Origin: Escherichia phage vB_EcoM_Shinka
Length of the DNA: 64,000 nucleotides
Direction: 5' to 3' (one strand)
Sequence record: MZ502379.1
The translations under genes were made by a program, and so were the position numbers. The notes under the pieces were generated by a model. That model searched no databases. It was not told the DNA's origin and was given only the letters and a program-made list of their open reading frames with translations. Positions 41,996 to 54,036 of this stretch are shown here, one piece after another (positions within the stretch are counted from its first letter, which is position 1; each line of letters starts with the position of its first letter).

Positions 41996-42017
41996 AGTTT
42001 TGTGAAAAAATTTTGAA

Positions 42018-42044
42018 ATAAAAAAGGGGACCCTAGAGGTCCCC
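42018..42044 (-). terminator. intrinsic terminator after gene 32
   Basis: GGGGACC-loop-GGTCCCC (minus) followed by TTTTTTATTTC. Confidence 0.6.
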
Positions 42045-42066
42045 AATTAATTAGTAATATAATCTA

Positions 42067-42975
42067 TTAAAGGTCATTCAAAAGGTCATCCAGGTCCGTG
42101 TCATCAGCACTAGATGAACTGCCAGAGCTTGAGCTCATAAAATCATCTTCAGTTTTTGTATTGAAGTCATCAACATTGAATGCATCCAAATCATCAGCAA
42201 CTTTATCAGCTTTCTTAGCAGCAGTTGCAGCGGCACCGCCCATCACAGCAGTTCCCATAACTTGACCGAATTTAGTATTCAGTTCTTCAAATGATTTGAA
42301 TTTATCTTTAGAAGTCATTTCAGAAAGGTCAACCATTTGTTCGAACAGTTCTTTCTGGAAAGATTCATCATCAATGTTTGGAATCGCAGATTGATTCAGG
42401 AATTTAGATTCGTCGTAGTTACTAAATCCAGAAACCTGTTTAACTTTCAGTACAAAGTTAGCACCTTCCCACGGACAAGTTACATCAACCGGAGTTTCAC
42501 CCATTTCAACATCAACCGCAATCATCGCGTTGATTTTATCCCAGATTTTCTTACCGAAACGATATTTAAATACTTTACCTTCATTTTCTGGAGCAGCTGG
42601 GTCTTTTACAACAAGAATATTAGCCCAGTAAGAAGTTTTACGTTTAACAAGACTGTACTCTTTATTGTCAGTGTTGTACAGATCATTTTTACTGATGTAC
42701 TGACATACTGGGCAAGAATCGTAATCACCATGGGTAGATGAACATGTTTCAATATACCATTTACCATTTTTCTTGAAACCGTGATTTACAAGAATTGCGA
42801 ATGGTGCTTGTTCATCATTTTTAGACGGAAGAAAACGAATTACTGCTTGACCGTTACCCGCATTGTCGAGTTTCAGTTTCCACTCGCCTTTATCTTCAGA
42901 AGAAAAACCACCTTTATTTCCAGCCAGTTTAGCCATTTGTGCAGCGAGTTCAGCAGTAGATTTACGTTTAAACAT
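42067..42975 (-). CDS. 32: single-stranded DNA-binding protein gp32
   Basis: 302-aa [20 protein letters not shown]...; zinc site CxxC, acidic Ser/Asp-rich C-terminus. Confidence 0.97.
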   Translation of the reverse strand: MFKRKSTAELAAQMAKLAGNKGGFSSEDKGEWKLKLDNAGNGQAVIRFLPSKNDEQAPFAILVNHGFKKNGKWYIETCSSTHGDYDSCPVCQYISKNDLYNTDNKEYSLVKRKTSYWANILVVKDPAAPENEGKVFKYRFGKKIWDKINAMIAVDVEMGETPVDVTCPWEGANFVLKVKQVSGFSNYDESKFLNQSAIPNIDDESFQKELFEQMVDLSEMTSKDKFKSFEELNTKFGQVMGTAVMGGAAATAAKKADKVADDLDAFNVDDFNTKTEDDFMSSSSGSSSSADDTDLDDLLNDL

Positions 42976-43050
42976 TTTTATTTCCTTTTTAATTTAATTA
43001 ACAGTTGGTGCTATGACGATGTATGACCTCATAGCTGGTCAGTGAGATAA
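42976..43050 (-). promoter_or_regulatory. gene 32 translational operator (pseudoknot plus UUAAA-repeat unstructured leader)
   Basis: Leader reads ...GCUAUGAGGUCAUACAUCGUCAUAGCACCAACUGUUAAUUAAAUUAAAAAGGAAAUAAAAAUG, the classic gp32 autoregulatory site as recalled. Confidence 0.8.
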
Positions 43051-43074
43051 TTATAATCTATTTATAATAAGCAA

Positions 43075-43728
43075 TTAATACTTGCAAGATTTCACAGTTT
43101 CAATGAAAACATTTTTAGCTTTCTGTGAATCAATATTTAAAATTTTTCTATAAGCCTTTAACTTTATAGAATAATTATTCCAGACTAAATTATCAGTCTG
43201 TTCATCGTGTTTATCAATTATATTTAAAAACGAATCAAGCAAGATAAACGTTTCAAACGAAATTATATTCGATTGAAGTAGTTTAAAAATATAACTTGAC
43301 TGAACCTTTGGATTATATTCAAAGATTTCTTTAAAAGCAGAAACTTCAACTTTCTTACTAAAATAATAAATGTTGCGAATATCTTCTTCAAACTTAAATT
43401 TAATTTGCTTTAAGCGTCCGATATATTCACGATAAAACACAAGTGCATCAGCGTCAGAGATGTCGCCAATCCAAGCATCCTGGTTAGCAACAAGATTGCT
43501 TATAAAGATTAAAGCAAGTTCCTTTAATTTATATTTTTCTGATAACTTCTGGAAAAAATACTTATCCCTTCGCTTTTGATAAGCGGCATCAGACACCCGC
43601 ATGCACCAATTATACTTAATTACATCATACTTTCCATTCATATGTTGTTTTATCATTAAGTATAATTTATAAACTGATTTACCATCAATGTATCTTTCAC
43701 CACCAGCAGGCATGCGGAGTTTAATCAT
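43075..43728 (-). CDS. 59: helicase loader gp59
   Basis: 217-aa ORF, T4 gp59 length. Confidence 0.93.
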   Translation of the reverse strand: MIKLRMPAGGERYIDGKSVYKLYLMIKQHMNGKYDVIKYNWCMRVSDAAYQKRRDKYFFQKLSEKYKLKELALIFISNLVANQDAWIGDISDADALVFYREYIGRLKQIKFKFEEDIRNIYYFSKKVEVSAFKEIFEYNPKVQSSYIFKLLQSNIISFETFILLDSFLNIIDKHDEQTDNLVWNNYSIKLKAYRKILNIDSQKAKNVFIETVKSCKY

Positions 43729-44063
43729 AGTAGAAAATCTAATGTATTAGTTTTTTCACAACGAACAACAGAAGGACGCAAAAGATTTTCGTCGATAGCT
43801 TCTGACTGAATTTTTTCAATTATACCCGAAGGAATAAATTTAGCAAATTGAGTTTCAGGAATAGAGTTTTCTTCCAAGAATGCTGTCGTAGCTTCAAGAT
43901 AACTCATTCCAAATTCTTCTACCATTTTTTCAATAATAAATCCATTTTCTTGGCGGTCAAGAAGCTTTGCAATTTCATCCTTTTCTTTCTTAATTGAAAG
44001 TTCTTTTTCTGAAAGCCCGGCCTCATCGACCGGGCGAATATCATTTAGAGAAAACTGTGTCAT
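43725..44063 (-). CDS. 33: late transcription co-activator gp33
   Basis: 112-aa ORF from ATG 44063. Confidence 0.85.
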   Translation of the reverse strand: MTQFSLNDIRPVDEAGLSEKELSIKKEKDEIAKLLDRQENGFIIEKMVEEFGMSYLEATTAFLEENSIPETQFAKFIPSGIIEKIQSEAIDENLLRPSVVRCEKTNTLDFLL

Positions 44064-44310
44064 AAAGTTCAACTACCTCTTCAGTTTCAGCTTCAAACAC
44101 ATCACGGTTATCTTTATGATACAAAGCTAATAGACGATTAAACATCTTACCATCAACGCCAAGTTCATCTTTAGCACGAATTCGAATATCTTTAATCAAT
44201 TCATTATAACCAGAAATTTTCAGTTTATGATCAGATGCTTCTTTAATAAATTTAGCCAAGTCTTCGCCATGGATAGCTTCATCAAATTCAACCATTTCTT
44301 TTTTAGCCAT
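44041..44310 (-). CDS. dsbA: double-stranded DNA-binding protein DsbA
   Basis: 89-aa ORF, position between rnh and 33. Confidence 0.85.
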   Translation of the reverse strand: MAKKEMVEFDEAIHGEDLAKFIKEASDHKLKISGYNELIKDIRIRAKDELGVDGKMFNRLLALYHKDNRDVFEAETEEVVELYDTVFSK

Positions 44311-44318
44311 TATTCACC

Positions 44319-45236
44319 TCAAAATTCATTAATGCTATTAGTTAATTTAGAAAGACCCGCTTTTACAAAATATGAATAAATTTTGCCGCGCGGTGGTAAT
44401 TTATATGAATTATAGTAATTCACAATGTTTGAAGCAATATTATCAGGAATATAATCAAAATCAATTAGAACTAAATTTTCTTTATAACGATTATATTCAG
44501 ATTCTGTGAGAAGCACCTTAGCTTGCTCACGGTCATTAGCAATAGCTTCAACAATAGAGGTTTTCATTGAAGGAGTTCGTTCACCTTCAACTCTGGTAAA
44601 CCAAAAGTCAGATCGTACTTTAACTGAAGCAACGTTATCCTTTTTGTCGCCTTTAAGGATTTTAGTCATACAGTCAATTTCAGCAGAACCGCTTTTAATT
44701 TTAACCCATTTCTTGTGCATCGGTGACCATTGCTTAACATTTGGATATTTGTGAAGTTGAGTAAAGTCACCATCCGATGAAATGATTAAAATCTTGTGTC
44801 CTTCTAAAGAGAACTTTTTAACAAGAACAGCAATGTGGTCATCTGCTTCATACTTATCAATATCCATAACAATGTATGGCATATAAGCTTTTAATTCATC
44901 TATAACTTTATGACTGGATTCAAAATAACCTTCCCAGTCCCAAGTAGATTCTTCTCGTGCTTTTCCACGGTTTTTCTTATAATAATAAGCGAAATCACGA
45001 CGCCAGTATCCAGATTTCGCGTTATCAATACATAGTACAATTTTAGTGTATCCAAGCGTTTTTGCTTTTTTGACATTAAACTTAATTGAGTTCAATATCA
45101 AATGACGAACCATTGATAAATTAATTTTTTCTTTATCTGGGAAGTTTACCAGAGCAGTTGAAAGAGCAATTTGACTAAAGTCAATAAAGCAAATTCCTTC
45201 TTTGTAATCTTCATCCAGCATCATTTCTAAATCCAT
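44319..45236 (-). CDS. rnh: RNase H (5-prime to 3-prime exonuclease, FEN family)
   Basis: 305-aa ORF from ATG 45236 (MDLEMMLDEDYKEG...). Confidence 0.93.
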   Translation of the reverse strand: MDLEMMLDEDYKEGICFIDFSQIALSTALVNFPDKEKINLSMVRHLILNSIKFNVKKAKTLGYTKIVLCIDNAKSGYWRRDFAYYYKKNRGKAREESTWDWEGYFESSHKVIDELKAYMPYIVMDIDKYEADDHIAVLVKKFSLEGHKILIISSDGDFTQLHKYPNVKQWSPMHKKWVKIKSGSAEIDCMTKILKGDKKDNVASVKVRSDFWFTRVEGERTPSMKTSIVEAIANDREQAKVLLTESEYNRYKENLVLIDFDYIPDNIASNIVNYYNSYKLPPRGKIYSYFVKAGLSKLTNSINEF

Positions 45237-45298
45237 ATGAACCTCGTTCAATTAGTGAGATTTCTATTATATACTATCTAAATCTTAAAGTAAACAGG

Positions 45299-45306
45299 TA
45301 TAAATA
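45299..45306 (+). promoter_or_regulatory. late promoter (TATAAATA) for gene 34
   Basis: Exact TATAAATA 35 nt upstream of the ATG. Confidence 0.6.
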
Positions 45307-45340
45307 CTTATTATTGAAAACACAATAGGAGCCCGGGAGA

Positions 45341-48300
45341 ATGGCCGAGATTAAAAGAAAGTTCAGAGCAGAAGATGGTCTGGACGCAGGTGGCGATAAA
45401 ATAATCAATGTAGCTTTAGCTGATCGTACCGTAGGAACTGACGGTGTTAACGTTGATTACTTAATTCAAGAAAACACAGTTCAGCAATATGATCCAACTC
45501 GTGGATATTTAAAAGATTTTGTAATCATTTATAATAATCGTTTTTGGGCAGCAACGGATAATATTCCAAAACCTGCTGGAAATTTTAATAGAATTCGTTG
45601 GAAAGCATTACGTACTGATGCCGTATATACAACCGTATCATCTGGACCATATCAATTAAAATCCGGAGAAGCAATTTCAGTAGATACATCAGTTGGCAAT
45701 GACATTGAGTTTACTTTACCACCTTCTCCGCTTGATGGAGAAACCGTAATAATTCAAGATATCGGTGGAAAACCTGGCATAAATCAGGTTAAAATAAATT
45801 CTTCAAATCAGAGTATTGTCAATTTTAGAGGTGAACAGGTACGTTCAGTTTTAATGACTCATCCAAAGTCACAGATGGTATTCATTTTTAATAATCGTTT
45901 GTGGCAAATGTATATTGCTGATTATAGCAGAGAAGCTGCGATTGTTACTCCATCGACTGCATATCAAGCACAATCTAATGATTTTATCGTACGTAGATTT
46001 ACTTCTGCCGCACCGATTAATGTTAAACTTCCAAGATTTGCCAATCATGGAGATATCATTAATTTCGTTGATTTAGATAAATTAAATCCACTTTATCATA
46101 CAATTGTTACGACATATGATGAAACAACGTCAGTGCAAGAAGTTGGAACTCATTCCATTGAAGGCCGTACATCGATTGACGGTTTCTTGATGTTTGATGA
46201 TAATGAGAAATTGTGGAGATTGTTTGACGGGGATAGTAAAGCACGTTTACGCATTATAACAACTAATTCTAATATTCGTCCAAATGAAGAAGTTATGGTA
46301 TTTGGTGCGAATAACGGAACAGCTCAGACAATTGAACTTCAGCTTCCGACTGATATTTCTGTTGGTGATACTGTTAAAATTTCCATGAATTACATGAGAA
46401 AAGGACAAACAGTTAAAATCAAAGCTGCTGGTGAAGATAAAATTGCTTCTTCAGTTCAATTGCTGCAATTCCCAAAACGCTCAGAATATCCACCTGAAGC
46501 TGAATGGGTAACAGTTCAAGAATTAGTTTTTAACGGTGAAACTAATTATGTACCAGTTTTGCAACTTGCTTATATAGAAGATTCTGATGGAAAATACTGG
46601 GTTGTACAGCAAAACGTTCCAACAGTTGAAAGAGTCGATTCTTTAAATAATTCTACTAGAGCAAGATTAGGCGTAATTGCTTTAGCTACACAAGCTCAAG
46701 CAAATGCTGATTTAGAAAATTCTCCGCAAAAAGAATTGGCAATTACTCCAGAAACGTTAGCTAATCGTACTGCTACAGAAACTCGCAGAGGTATTGCAAG
46801 AATAGCAACTACTGCTCAAGTGAATCAGAACACCACATTCTCTTTTGCAGATGACCTTATCATCACTCCTAAAAAGCTGAATGAAAGAACTGCTACAGAA
46901 ACTCGCAGAGGTGTCGCTGAAATTGCTACGCAGCAGGAAACTAATACAGGTACTGATGATACTACAATCATCACTCCTAAAAAGCTTCAAGCTCGTCAAG
47001 GTTCTGAAACATTATCGGGTATTGTAACTTTTGTATCTACCGCAGGAGCTACTCCAGCTTCTAGTCGTGAATTAAATGGTACGAATGTTTATAATAAAAA
47101 CACTAATAATTTAGTTGTTTCACCTAAAGCTTTGGATCAGTATAAAGCTACTCCAACGCAACAAGGCGCAGTAATTTTAGCAGTTGAAAGTGAAGTAATT
47201 GCTGGACAAAGCCAAGAAGGATGGGCAAATGCGGTTGTAACGCCAGAAACGTTACATAAAAAGACATCAACTGATGGAAGAATTGGTTTAATTGAAATTG
47301 CTACGCAAAGTGAAGTTAATACAGGAACTGATTATACTCGCGCAGTCACTCCTAAAACTTTAAATGACCGTAGAGCAACTGAAAGTTTAAGTGGTATAGC
47401 TGAAATTGCTACGCAAGTTGAATTCGACGCAGGCGTCGACGATACTCGTATCTCTACACCATTAAAAATTAAAACCAGATTTAATAGTACTGATCGTACT
47501 TCTGTTGTTGCTCTATCTGGATTAGTTGAATCAGGAACTCTCTGGGACCATTATACCCTTAATATTCTTGAAGCAAATGAGACACAGCGTGGTACACTTC
47601 GTGTAGCTACACAAGTTGAAGCTGCTGCAGGAACATTAGATAATGTTTTAATAACTCCTAAAAAGCTTTTAGGTACTAAATCTACCGAATCGCAAGAAGG
47701 TGTTATTAAAGTTGCAACTCAGTCTGAAACTGTAGCTGGAACGTCAGCAAATACTGCTGTATCTCCAAAAAATTTAAAATGGATTGTGCAGAGTGAACCT
47801 ACTTGGGCAGCGACTACTGCGATAAGAGGTTTTGTTAAAACTTCGTCTGGTTCAATTACATTCGTTGGTAATGATACAGCTGGTTCAACACAGCCATTAG
47901 AATCATATGAGAAAAATGGTTATGCAGTATCACCATATGAATTAAATCGCGTATTAGCAAATTATTTGCCATTAAAAGCAAAAGCCGTAGATAGTAATTT
48001 ATTAGATGGTCTAGATTCGCTCCAGTTCATTCGTAGGGACATTGCACAAACAGTTAATGGTTCACTAACCTTAACCCAACAAACGAATCTGAGTGCCCCT
48101 CTTGTATCATCTAGTACTGCTACATTCGGTGGATCAGTTTCAGCAAATAGTACATTAACTATTTCTAATACTGGAACGGCAACTCGTCTGATTTTTGAGA
48201 AAGGACCTCAAACTGGAACAAACCCGGCTCAAACGATGACAGTCAGAGTGTGGGGAAATCAATTTAGTGGGGAATCAGACACAACACGTTCTACCGTATT

Positions 48301-49210
48301 TGAAGTTAGTGATGAAACGTCTAGTCATTTTTATTCTCAGCGTAATAAAGCTGGAAATATAACATTTAATATCAACGGTACAGTAACACCGATAAATGTT
48401 AATGCTTCAGGAACATTGAATGCGAATGGCGTTGCTACATTTGGTAATTCAGTCACTGCAATTGGTGAAATTATTTCTCGAAGCGCAAATGCTTTCCGTG
48501 CTATTAATGGAAATTATGGTTTCATTATTCGTAATGACGGGTCAGTAACGAATTTTATGCTTACTGCATCAGGCAATCAAACTGGTGGATTTAATGGATT
48601 ACGTCCATTGTCCATTAATAATCAATCTGGGCAGGTCACAATTGGTGAAAGCTTGATCATTGCTAAAGGTGCTACTATAAATTCAGGTGGTTTAACTGTT
48701 AACTCGAGAATTCGTTCTCAAGGTGTTAAAACATCTGATTTATATACCCGTGCGCCGACATCTGATACTGTAGGATTCTGGTCAATTGATATTAACGATT
48801 CAGCCACTTATAACCAGTTCCCGGGTTATTTTAAAATGGTTGAAAAAACTAATGAAGTGACTGGGCTTCCATACTTAGAACGTGGCGAAGAAGTTAAATC
48901 TCCTGGTACATTGACTCAGTTTGGTAACACACTTGATTCACTTTACCAAGATTGGATTACTTATCCAACAACTCCAGAAGCGCGTACCACTCGTTGGACG
49001 CGTACATGGCAGAAAACCAAAAACTCTTGGTCAAGTTTTGTTCAGGTATTTGACGGAGGTAACCCTCCTCAACCTTCAGATATAGGAGCAATCCCATCTG
49101 ATAATGGAATAATAGGTAATCTTACTATTCGCGATTTCTTGCGAATTGGTAATGTTCGCATTATTCCTGACCCAGTGAATAAAACTGTTAAATTTGAATG
49201 GATTGAATAA
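45341..49210 (+). CDS. 34: long tail fibre proximal subunit gp34
   Basis: 1289-aa ORF, T4 gp34 length; internal repeated modules. Confidence 0.96.
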   Translation: MAEIKRKFRAEDGLDAGGDKIINVALADRTVGTDGVNVDYLIQENTVQQYDPTRGYLKDFVIIYNNRFWAATDNIPKPAGNFNRIRWKALRTDAVYTTVSSGPYQLKSGEAISVDTSVGNDIEFTLPPSPLDGETVIIQDIGGKPGINQVKINSSNQSIVNFRGEQVRSVLMTHPKSQMVFIFNNRLWQMYIADYSREAAIVTPSTAYQAQSNDFIVRRFTSAAPINVKLPRFANHGDIINFVDLDKLNPLYHTIVTTYDETTSVQEVGTHSIEGRTSIDGFLMFDDNEKLWRLFDGDSKARLRIITTNSNIRPNEEVMVFGANNGTAQTIELQLPTDISVGDTVKISMNYMRKGQTVKIKAAGEDKIASSVQLLQFPKRSEYPPEAEWVTVQELVFNGETNYVPVLQLAYIEDSDGKYWVVQQNVPTVERVDSLNNSTRARLGVIALATQAQANADLENSPQKELAITPETLANRTATETRRGIARIATTAQVNQNTTFSFADDLIITPKKLNERTATETRRGVAEIATQQETNTGTDDTTIITPKKLQARQGSETLSGIVTFVSTAGATPASSRELNGTNVYNKNTNNLVVSPKALDQYKATPTQQGAVILAVESEVIAGQSQEGWANAVVTPETLHKKTSTDGRIGLIEIATQSEVNTGTDYTRAVTPKTLNDRRATESLSGIAEIATQVEFDAGVDDTRISTPLKIKTRFNSTDRTSVVALSGLVESGTLWDHYTLNILEANETQRGTLRVATQVEAAAGTLDNVLITPKKLLGTKSTESQEGVIKVATQSETVAGTSANTAVSPKNLKWIVQSEPTWAATTAIRGFVKTSSGSITFVGNDTAGSTQPLESYEKNGYAVSPYELNRVLANYLPLKAKAVDSNLLDGLDSLQFIRRDIAQTVNGSLTLTQQTNLSAPLVSSSTATFGGSVSANSTLTISNTGTATRLIFEKGPQTGTNPAQTMTVRVWGNQFSGESDTTRSTVFEVSDETSSHFYSQRNKAGNITFNINGTVTPINVNASGTLNANGVATFGNSVTAIGEIISRSANAFRAINGNYGFIIRNDGSVTNFMLTASGNQTGGFNGLRPLSINNQSGQVTIGESLIIAKGATINSGGLTVNSRIRSQGVKTSDLYTRAPTSDTVGFWSIDINDSATYNQFPGYFKMVEKTNEVTGLPYLERGEEVKSPGTLTQFGNTLDSLYQDWITYPTTPEARTTRWTRTWQKTKNSWSSFVQVFDGGNPPQPSDIGAIPSDNGIIGNLTIRDFLRIGNVRIIPDPVNKTVKFEWIE

Positions 49211-49218
49211 GAGGTATT

Positions 49219-50334
49219 ATGGAAAAATTTATGGCAGAGTTTGGACAAGGATATGTTCAAACGCCATTTTTATCGGAAAGCAATTCAGTAAGATATAAAA
49301 TAAGTATAGCGGGTTCTTGCCCGCTTTCTACAGCAGGACCATATGTTAAATTTCAGGATAATCCCGTTGGAAATCAAACATTTAGCGCAGGTCTTCATTT
49401 AAAAGTTTTTGACCCTTCTACAGGAGCATTAGTTGACAGTAAATCATATGCTTTTTCTGCTTCAAACAATACAACATCTGCCGCTTTTGTCAGTTTCATG
49501 AATTCTTTGTCAAACAATAGACTTGTTGCTATATTAACTAGCGGAAAGGTTAATTTTCCTCCTGAAGTGGTATCTTGGTTAAGGGGAGCAGGAACTTCAG
49601 TTTTTCCATCAGATTCAGTATTGTCAAGATTTGACGTGTCATATGCTGCTTTTTATACTTCTTCTAAAAGAGCTATTGCATTAGAGCATGTTAAACTAAG
49701 TAATAGAAAAAGCACAGATGATTATCAAACTATTTTAGATGTTGTATTTGATAGTTTAGAAGACGTCGGAGCTACAGGATTTCCTAAAAGAACATACGAA
49801 AGCGTTGAGCAATTTATGTCTGCGGTTGGAGGAACTAATAATGAAATTGCGCGATTGCCAACTTCAGCTGCTATAAGTAAACTTTCTGACTACAATTTAA
49901 TTCCTGGTGATGTTCTTTATCTTAAAGCACAACTATATGCTGATGCTGATTTACTTGATCTTGGAACTACAAATATATCTATTCGTTTTTATGATGCATC
50001 AAATGGATATATTTCCTCGACCCAAGCTGAGTTTACTGGACAGGCTGGGTCATGGGAATTAAAGGAAGATTATGTAGTTGTTCCTGAAAATGCAGTAGGA
50101 TTTACGATATATGCACAAAGAACTGCCCAAGCAGGTCAAGGCGGCATGAGAAATTTAAGCTTTTCTGAAGTATCAAGAAATGGCGGCATTTCAAAACCTG
50201 CCGAATTTGGCGTCAACGGTATTCGCGTTAATTATGTCTGCGAATCGGCTTCACCTCCAGATATAATGGTACTTCCTACACAAGCCTCTTCTAAAACTGG
50301 CAAAGTGTTTGGGCAAGAATTTAGAGAAGTTTAA
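49219..50334 (+). CDS. 35: long tail fibre hinge protein gp35
   Basis: 371-aa ORF following gene 34. Confidence 0.93.
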   Translation: MEKFMAEFGQGYVQTPFLSESNSVRYKISIAGSCPLSTAGPYVKFQDNPVGNQTFSAGLHLKVFDPSTGALVDSKSYAFSASNNTTSAAFVSFMNSLSNNRLVAILTSGKVNFPPEVVSWLRGAGTSVFPSDSVLSRFDVSYAAFYTSSKRAIALEHVKLSNRKSTDDYQTILDVVFDSLEDVGATGFPKRTYESVEQFMSAVGGTNNEIARLPTSAAISKLSDYNLIPGDVLYLKAQLYADADLLDLGTTNISIRFYDASNGYISSTQAEFTGQAGSWELKEDYVVVPENAVGFTIYAQRTAQAGQGGMRNLSFSEVSRNGGISKPAEFGVNGIRVNYVCESASPPDIMVLPTQASSKTGKVFGQEFREV

Positions 50335-50365
50335 ACTGAGGGAGCCTTCGGGTTCCCTTTTTCTT

Positions 50366-50373
50366 TATAAATA
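50366..50373 (+). promoter_or_regulatory. late promoter (TATAAATA) for gene 36
   Basis: Exact TATAAATA 24 nt upstream of the ATG. Confidence 0.55.
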
Positions 50374-50396
50374 ATATTAAAATAAAGGGGCATATA

Positions 50397-51047
50397 ATGG
50401 CTGATTTAAAAGTAGGTTCAACTGTAGGTGGATCTGTCATTTGGCATCAAGGAAATTTTCCATTGAATTCAGCCGGTGACGATGTACTCTACAAATCATT
50501 TAAAATATATTCAGAATATAATAAACCGCAGGCAGCTGATAACGATTTCGTTTCTAAAGCTAATGGTGGTACTTACACCGGTCCAATTACTATTAATTAC
50601 GGGGTAAATAGTTATCTTCAATTAAGTAATAATGAAACCCCCATTCGAATTCGTTCTGGTGGCGGCACTGGTAATACTCTTGTAGTTGGCGGCTCTTCCG
50701 GTGGTATTAGTTTTAGACCTGCAGGTAGTGAAATCACTACTGGACAAATTACTATTACACCAGAAGGTTTGACAACATTTACCAGGGCTGTAACGGCTCC
50801 ATCGGTAACTGTTACATCTACTCCTTCCGCAGCATCTGATGTTACTCGCAAAGATTATGTTGATGGAGCAATAAATACTGTTACAGCAAATGCAAACTCT
50901 AGGGTATTACGCTCTGGAGACACTATGACAGGAAATTTAACTGCGCCAAACCTTTTTTCACAGAATCCTGCATCTCAACCTTCACACGTTCCACGATTTG
51001 ACCAAATCGTAATTAAGGATTCTGTTCAAGATTTCGGCTATTATTAA
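50397..51047 (+). CDS. 36: long tail fibre distal connector gp36
   Basis: 216-aa ORF with a late promoter upstream. Confidence 0.9.
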   Translation: MADLKVGSTVGGSVIWHQGNFPLNSAGDDVLYKSFKIYSEYNKPQAADNDFVSKANGGTYTGPITINYGVNSYLQLSNNETPIRIRSGGGTGNTLVVGGSSGGISFRPAGSEITTGQITITPEGLTTFTRAVTAPSVTVTSTPSAASDVTRKDYVDGAINTVTANANSRVLRSGDTMTGNLTAPNLFSQNPASQPSHVPRFDQIVIKDSVQDFGYY

Positions 51048-51055
51048 GAGGACTT

Positions 51056-54004
51056 ATGGCTACTTTAAAACAAATACAATTTAAAAGAAGCAAAACTGCA
51101 GGTCAACGTCCTGCTGCTTCAGTATTAGCCGAAGGTGAATTGGCTATAAACTTAAAAGATAAAACAATTTTCACAAAAGATGACTCAGGTAGTGTTATAG
51201 AATTAGGTTTAAAATATGGAGGAACTATAAATGGGTCTTTAGAGGTTACAGAAAATATAACTGGAACTTTAATTGGAAATTCTAGCACAGCTACTAAATT
51301 GCAAACACCTAGGAAAATTAATGGTATATCTTTTGATGGGTCAAAGGACATTACCTTAACTCCATCTGACATAAATGTCAATAGCACAACATTTATAAAA
51401 AATAATGGCGAATTACCTACTGATGCTAATTTAGATACGTATGGGCCCATTGAAGAATATCTTGGTGTTTGGTCGAAATCTACTTCAACAAATGCGCAAC
51501 CAGCAAATAAATTCCCAGAAGAAAATGCCGTAGGTGTACTAGAAGTATTTGTGGCCGGCCAATTTGCTGGCACTCAGCGTTATACTGTAAGATCTGGTAA
51601 CGTCTATATTCGTTCCTTATCTGCTAAATGGAATGGCGTCGATGGTCCATGGGGTGTGTGGCGTAATGTTCAAGCGTCAACTCGTCCACTTTCACAAACG
51701 ATTGACCTTGATAGCTTGGGAGAATTAGAACATTGTGGCTTATGGAGAAACAGTTCAAGCGCAATCGCATCATTTGATCGCCATTATCCAGAAGAAGGAT
51801 CAGCCGCACAAGGATTTTTAGAAATATTTGAAGGTGGTTTATACACAAGAACGCAGCGTTATACTACCCGCATGGGTATGGTTTATACTCGTTGTCTCGC
51901 TGCTGCATGGGATGCTAGTGCACCTAAGTGGGAGGAATGGAAGCAGGTTGGTCATGGCACACCAGCGACTTTCTATGACGGAGATCTGAATGATTTTAAA
52001 ACTCCTGGATTATATAATATTTTAGGCACTGATGCCGTTATTAACTGTCCTACCGGTGAAGGTTTGCCGACTGTTATTGTTGGTTTGCTGGAAGTTAAAC
52101 AGCGTGCTTCTGGCGGTGCTATTTTCCAAAAATTTACTACTGCCGGAACGGGTGCAACTACTCGCGATCGTATTTTTGAGCGTGCATATACTGGTGGTGT
52201 GTGGGGTGCATGGAACGAAGTATATACATCTTACTCTCTGCCAATTACTTTAGGTATGGGTGGTATTAAAGCTCAATTAGCGGAGTTAGATTGGCAAACA
52301 TTTGATTTTGTTCCTGGTAGTATGTTTAGCGTTCCTTTGAACAAAATAAAGAATATGCCAGCAAATATGGATTGGGGCACGATTGACGGAAACTTGGTTA
52401 TGTTTTCTGTCGGTCCTAGCGAACACACTAGCACAGGGCGTACTGTTCAGGTTTGGCGTGGTACTGTATCCCAGACAAACTATCGTTATTTTGTCGTTCG
52501 TGTGTTCGGTAATTCTGGAAATAGAACTTGCACAGTTCGCCGTGTTGTTCTTGAAGACGGATCACATACTTGGACTGCTCAACAAAACTTTAGGGGATTG
52601 CTGAATATCACTGCTGCTGTTAATCTTGGTGCTAATCAGAAAATTTCACTTGCTCCAGGAGCATATATTCAAGCCCCTGCTAGCGGTTCTGGTTCTAATA
52701 CTTACGCAAATCAGAATATTACCATTGCGCCATTATATCAGGCTATTGACGATTCAAATAAAAGCCAGTTTGCGCCAATTGTTAAACAGAAAAACACTGC
52801 AACAAATATTACTATGGCTTCTGGTATGGATATTGCTAGTTCAGAATATCGTATCGTTGCTCAGGGTGATTTATCCGCTACTGGAACTACAGCCACTGAA
52901 TTAGCTACATGGCGTTTCTTGCCATCGGGCCGATTCATGTCACAAAGTCGAGTTTATGCTGGCGCAGCATTCTTGAACACTGATGGTAACATCAGTGGTT
53001 CAATCTGGAAGAAATATAACAATGCAACCAATTTAGATGCTGCCTTGAATACTCGCCTAGGTAAAGGCGGTGATACGATGACAGGTCGGTTAACAATCAA
53101 TGCACCTAATGATTCTATTGTATTATCAACAACTGCTAGTAATTCTTTGCATATTCGCGGTGACATAGACGGGACTGGTAACTGGTATATTGGCAAGGGT
53201 GGTGCTGATAATTCGCTAGCATTTTATAGCTATGCTTCTCAGGCGGCAGTATATATCACAAACAATGGTGAGATTGCGTTAAACCCGCAAAATACCGCAA
53301 TGGTTAACGTTAACCGTGACCGTGTACACATTAACGGTTCTGGATGGATTGCTAGACAACCGGGTGATTGGGACAACCAATGGCGAGTAGAAGCTCCATT
53401 ATTCGTTGATCATGGTTATGTTGGTCAAGATAGTTATTATCCTATTCTTAAAGCAAGAAGCGTTATAACCAATCAAGGATATAGCACCGCTGTTGACTTT
53501 GGTATGCGTCGTATTCCATCACAGTGGGGGCAAGCAATCATTCGTGTCGGATCCACGGAGGCTTCTCCTGATGCTGGACACCCACAAGCTGTGTTTGAAT
53601 TCCATCATGATGGATTCTTTTATACACCAGGAAATGGTAGCTTTAGCGATGTGTATATTCGTTCCGATGGTCGTCTTAAGATTAATAAAAAAGAGCTAGA
53701 AAACGGAGCACTTGAAAAAGTATGCCGACTGAAAGTTTATACATACGATAAGGTTAAGTCTATTAAAGATCGTAGCGTTATTAAACGTGAAGTTGGTATT
53801 ATTGCTCAGGACCTTGAAAAGGAATTACCGGAAGCTGTGTCTAAAGTTGAAGTTGATGGTTCTGATGTTCTGACAATTTCTAACTCCGCTGTAAATGCTC
53901 TTTTAATTAAGGCTATCCAAGAAATGAGCGAAGAAATTAAAGAATTAAAAACGCCTTTCTTCACTAAAATTGCTCGCAAAATTAGTAATTATTTTAAATT
54001 CTAA
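51056..54004 (+). CDS. 37: long tail fibre distal subunit gp37 with C-terminal intramolecular chaperone (peptidase S74-like) domain
   Basis: 982-aa ORF; conserved gp37 N-terminus; C-terminus [20 protein letters not shown]...GIIAQDLEK resembles an autoproteolytic chaperone domain. Confidence 0.92.
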   Translation: MATLKQIQFKRSKTAGQRPAASVLAEGELAINLKDKTIFTKDDSGSVIELGLKYGGTINGSLEVTENITGTLIGNSSTATKLQTPRKINGISFDGSKDITLTPSDINVNSTTFIKNNGELPTDANLDTYGPIEEYLGVWSKSTSTNAQPANKFPEENAVGVLEVFVAGQFAGTQRYTVRSGNVYIRSLSAKWNGVDGPWGVWRNVQASTRPLSQTIDLDSLGELEHCGLWRNSSSAIASFDRHYPEEGSAAQGFLEIFEGGLYTRTQRYTTRMGMVYTRCLAAAWDASAPKWEEWKQVGHGTPATFYDGDLNDFKTPGLYNILGTDAVINCPTGEGLPTVIVGLLEVKQRASGGAIFQKFTTAGTGATTRDRIFERAYTGGVWGAWNEVYTSYSLPITLGMGGIKAQLAELDWQTFDFVPGSMFSVPLNKIKNMPANMDWGTIDGNLVMFSVGPSEHTSTGRTVQVWRGTVSQTNYRYFVVRVFGNSGNRTCTVRRVVLEDGSHTWTAQQNFRGLLNITAAVNLGANQKISLAPGAYIQAPASGSGSNTYANQNITIAPLYQAIDDSNKSQFAPIVKQKNTATNITMASGMDIASSEYRIVAQGDLSATGTTATELATWRFLPSGRFMSQSRVYAGAAFLNTDGNISGSIWKKYNNATNLDAALNTRLGKGGDTMTGRLTINAPNDSIVLSTTASNSLHIRGDIDGTGNWYIGKGGADNSLAFYSYASQAAVYITNNGEIALNPQNTAMVNVNRDRVHINGSGWIARQPGDWDNQWRVEAPLFVDHGYVGQDSYYPILKARSVITNQGYSTAVDFGMRRIPSQWGQAIIRVGSTEASPDAGHPQAVFEFHHDGFFYTPGNGSFSDVYIRSDGRLKINKKELENGALEKVCRLKVYTYDKVKSIKDRSVIKREVGIIAQDLEKELPEAVSKVEVDGSDVLTISNSAVNALLIKAIQEMSEEIKELKTPFFTKIARKISNYFKF

Positions 54005-54036
54005 CAACAAGGGGCTTTGCCCCTTTGGAGATAATT

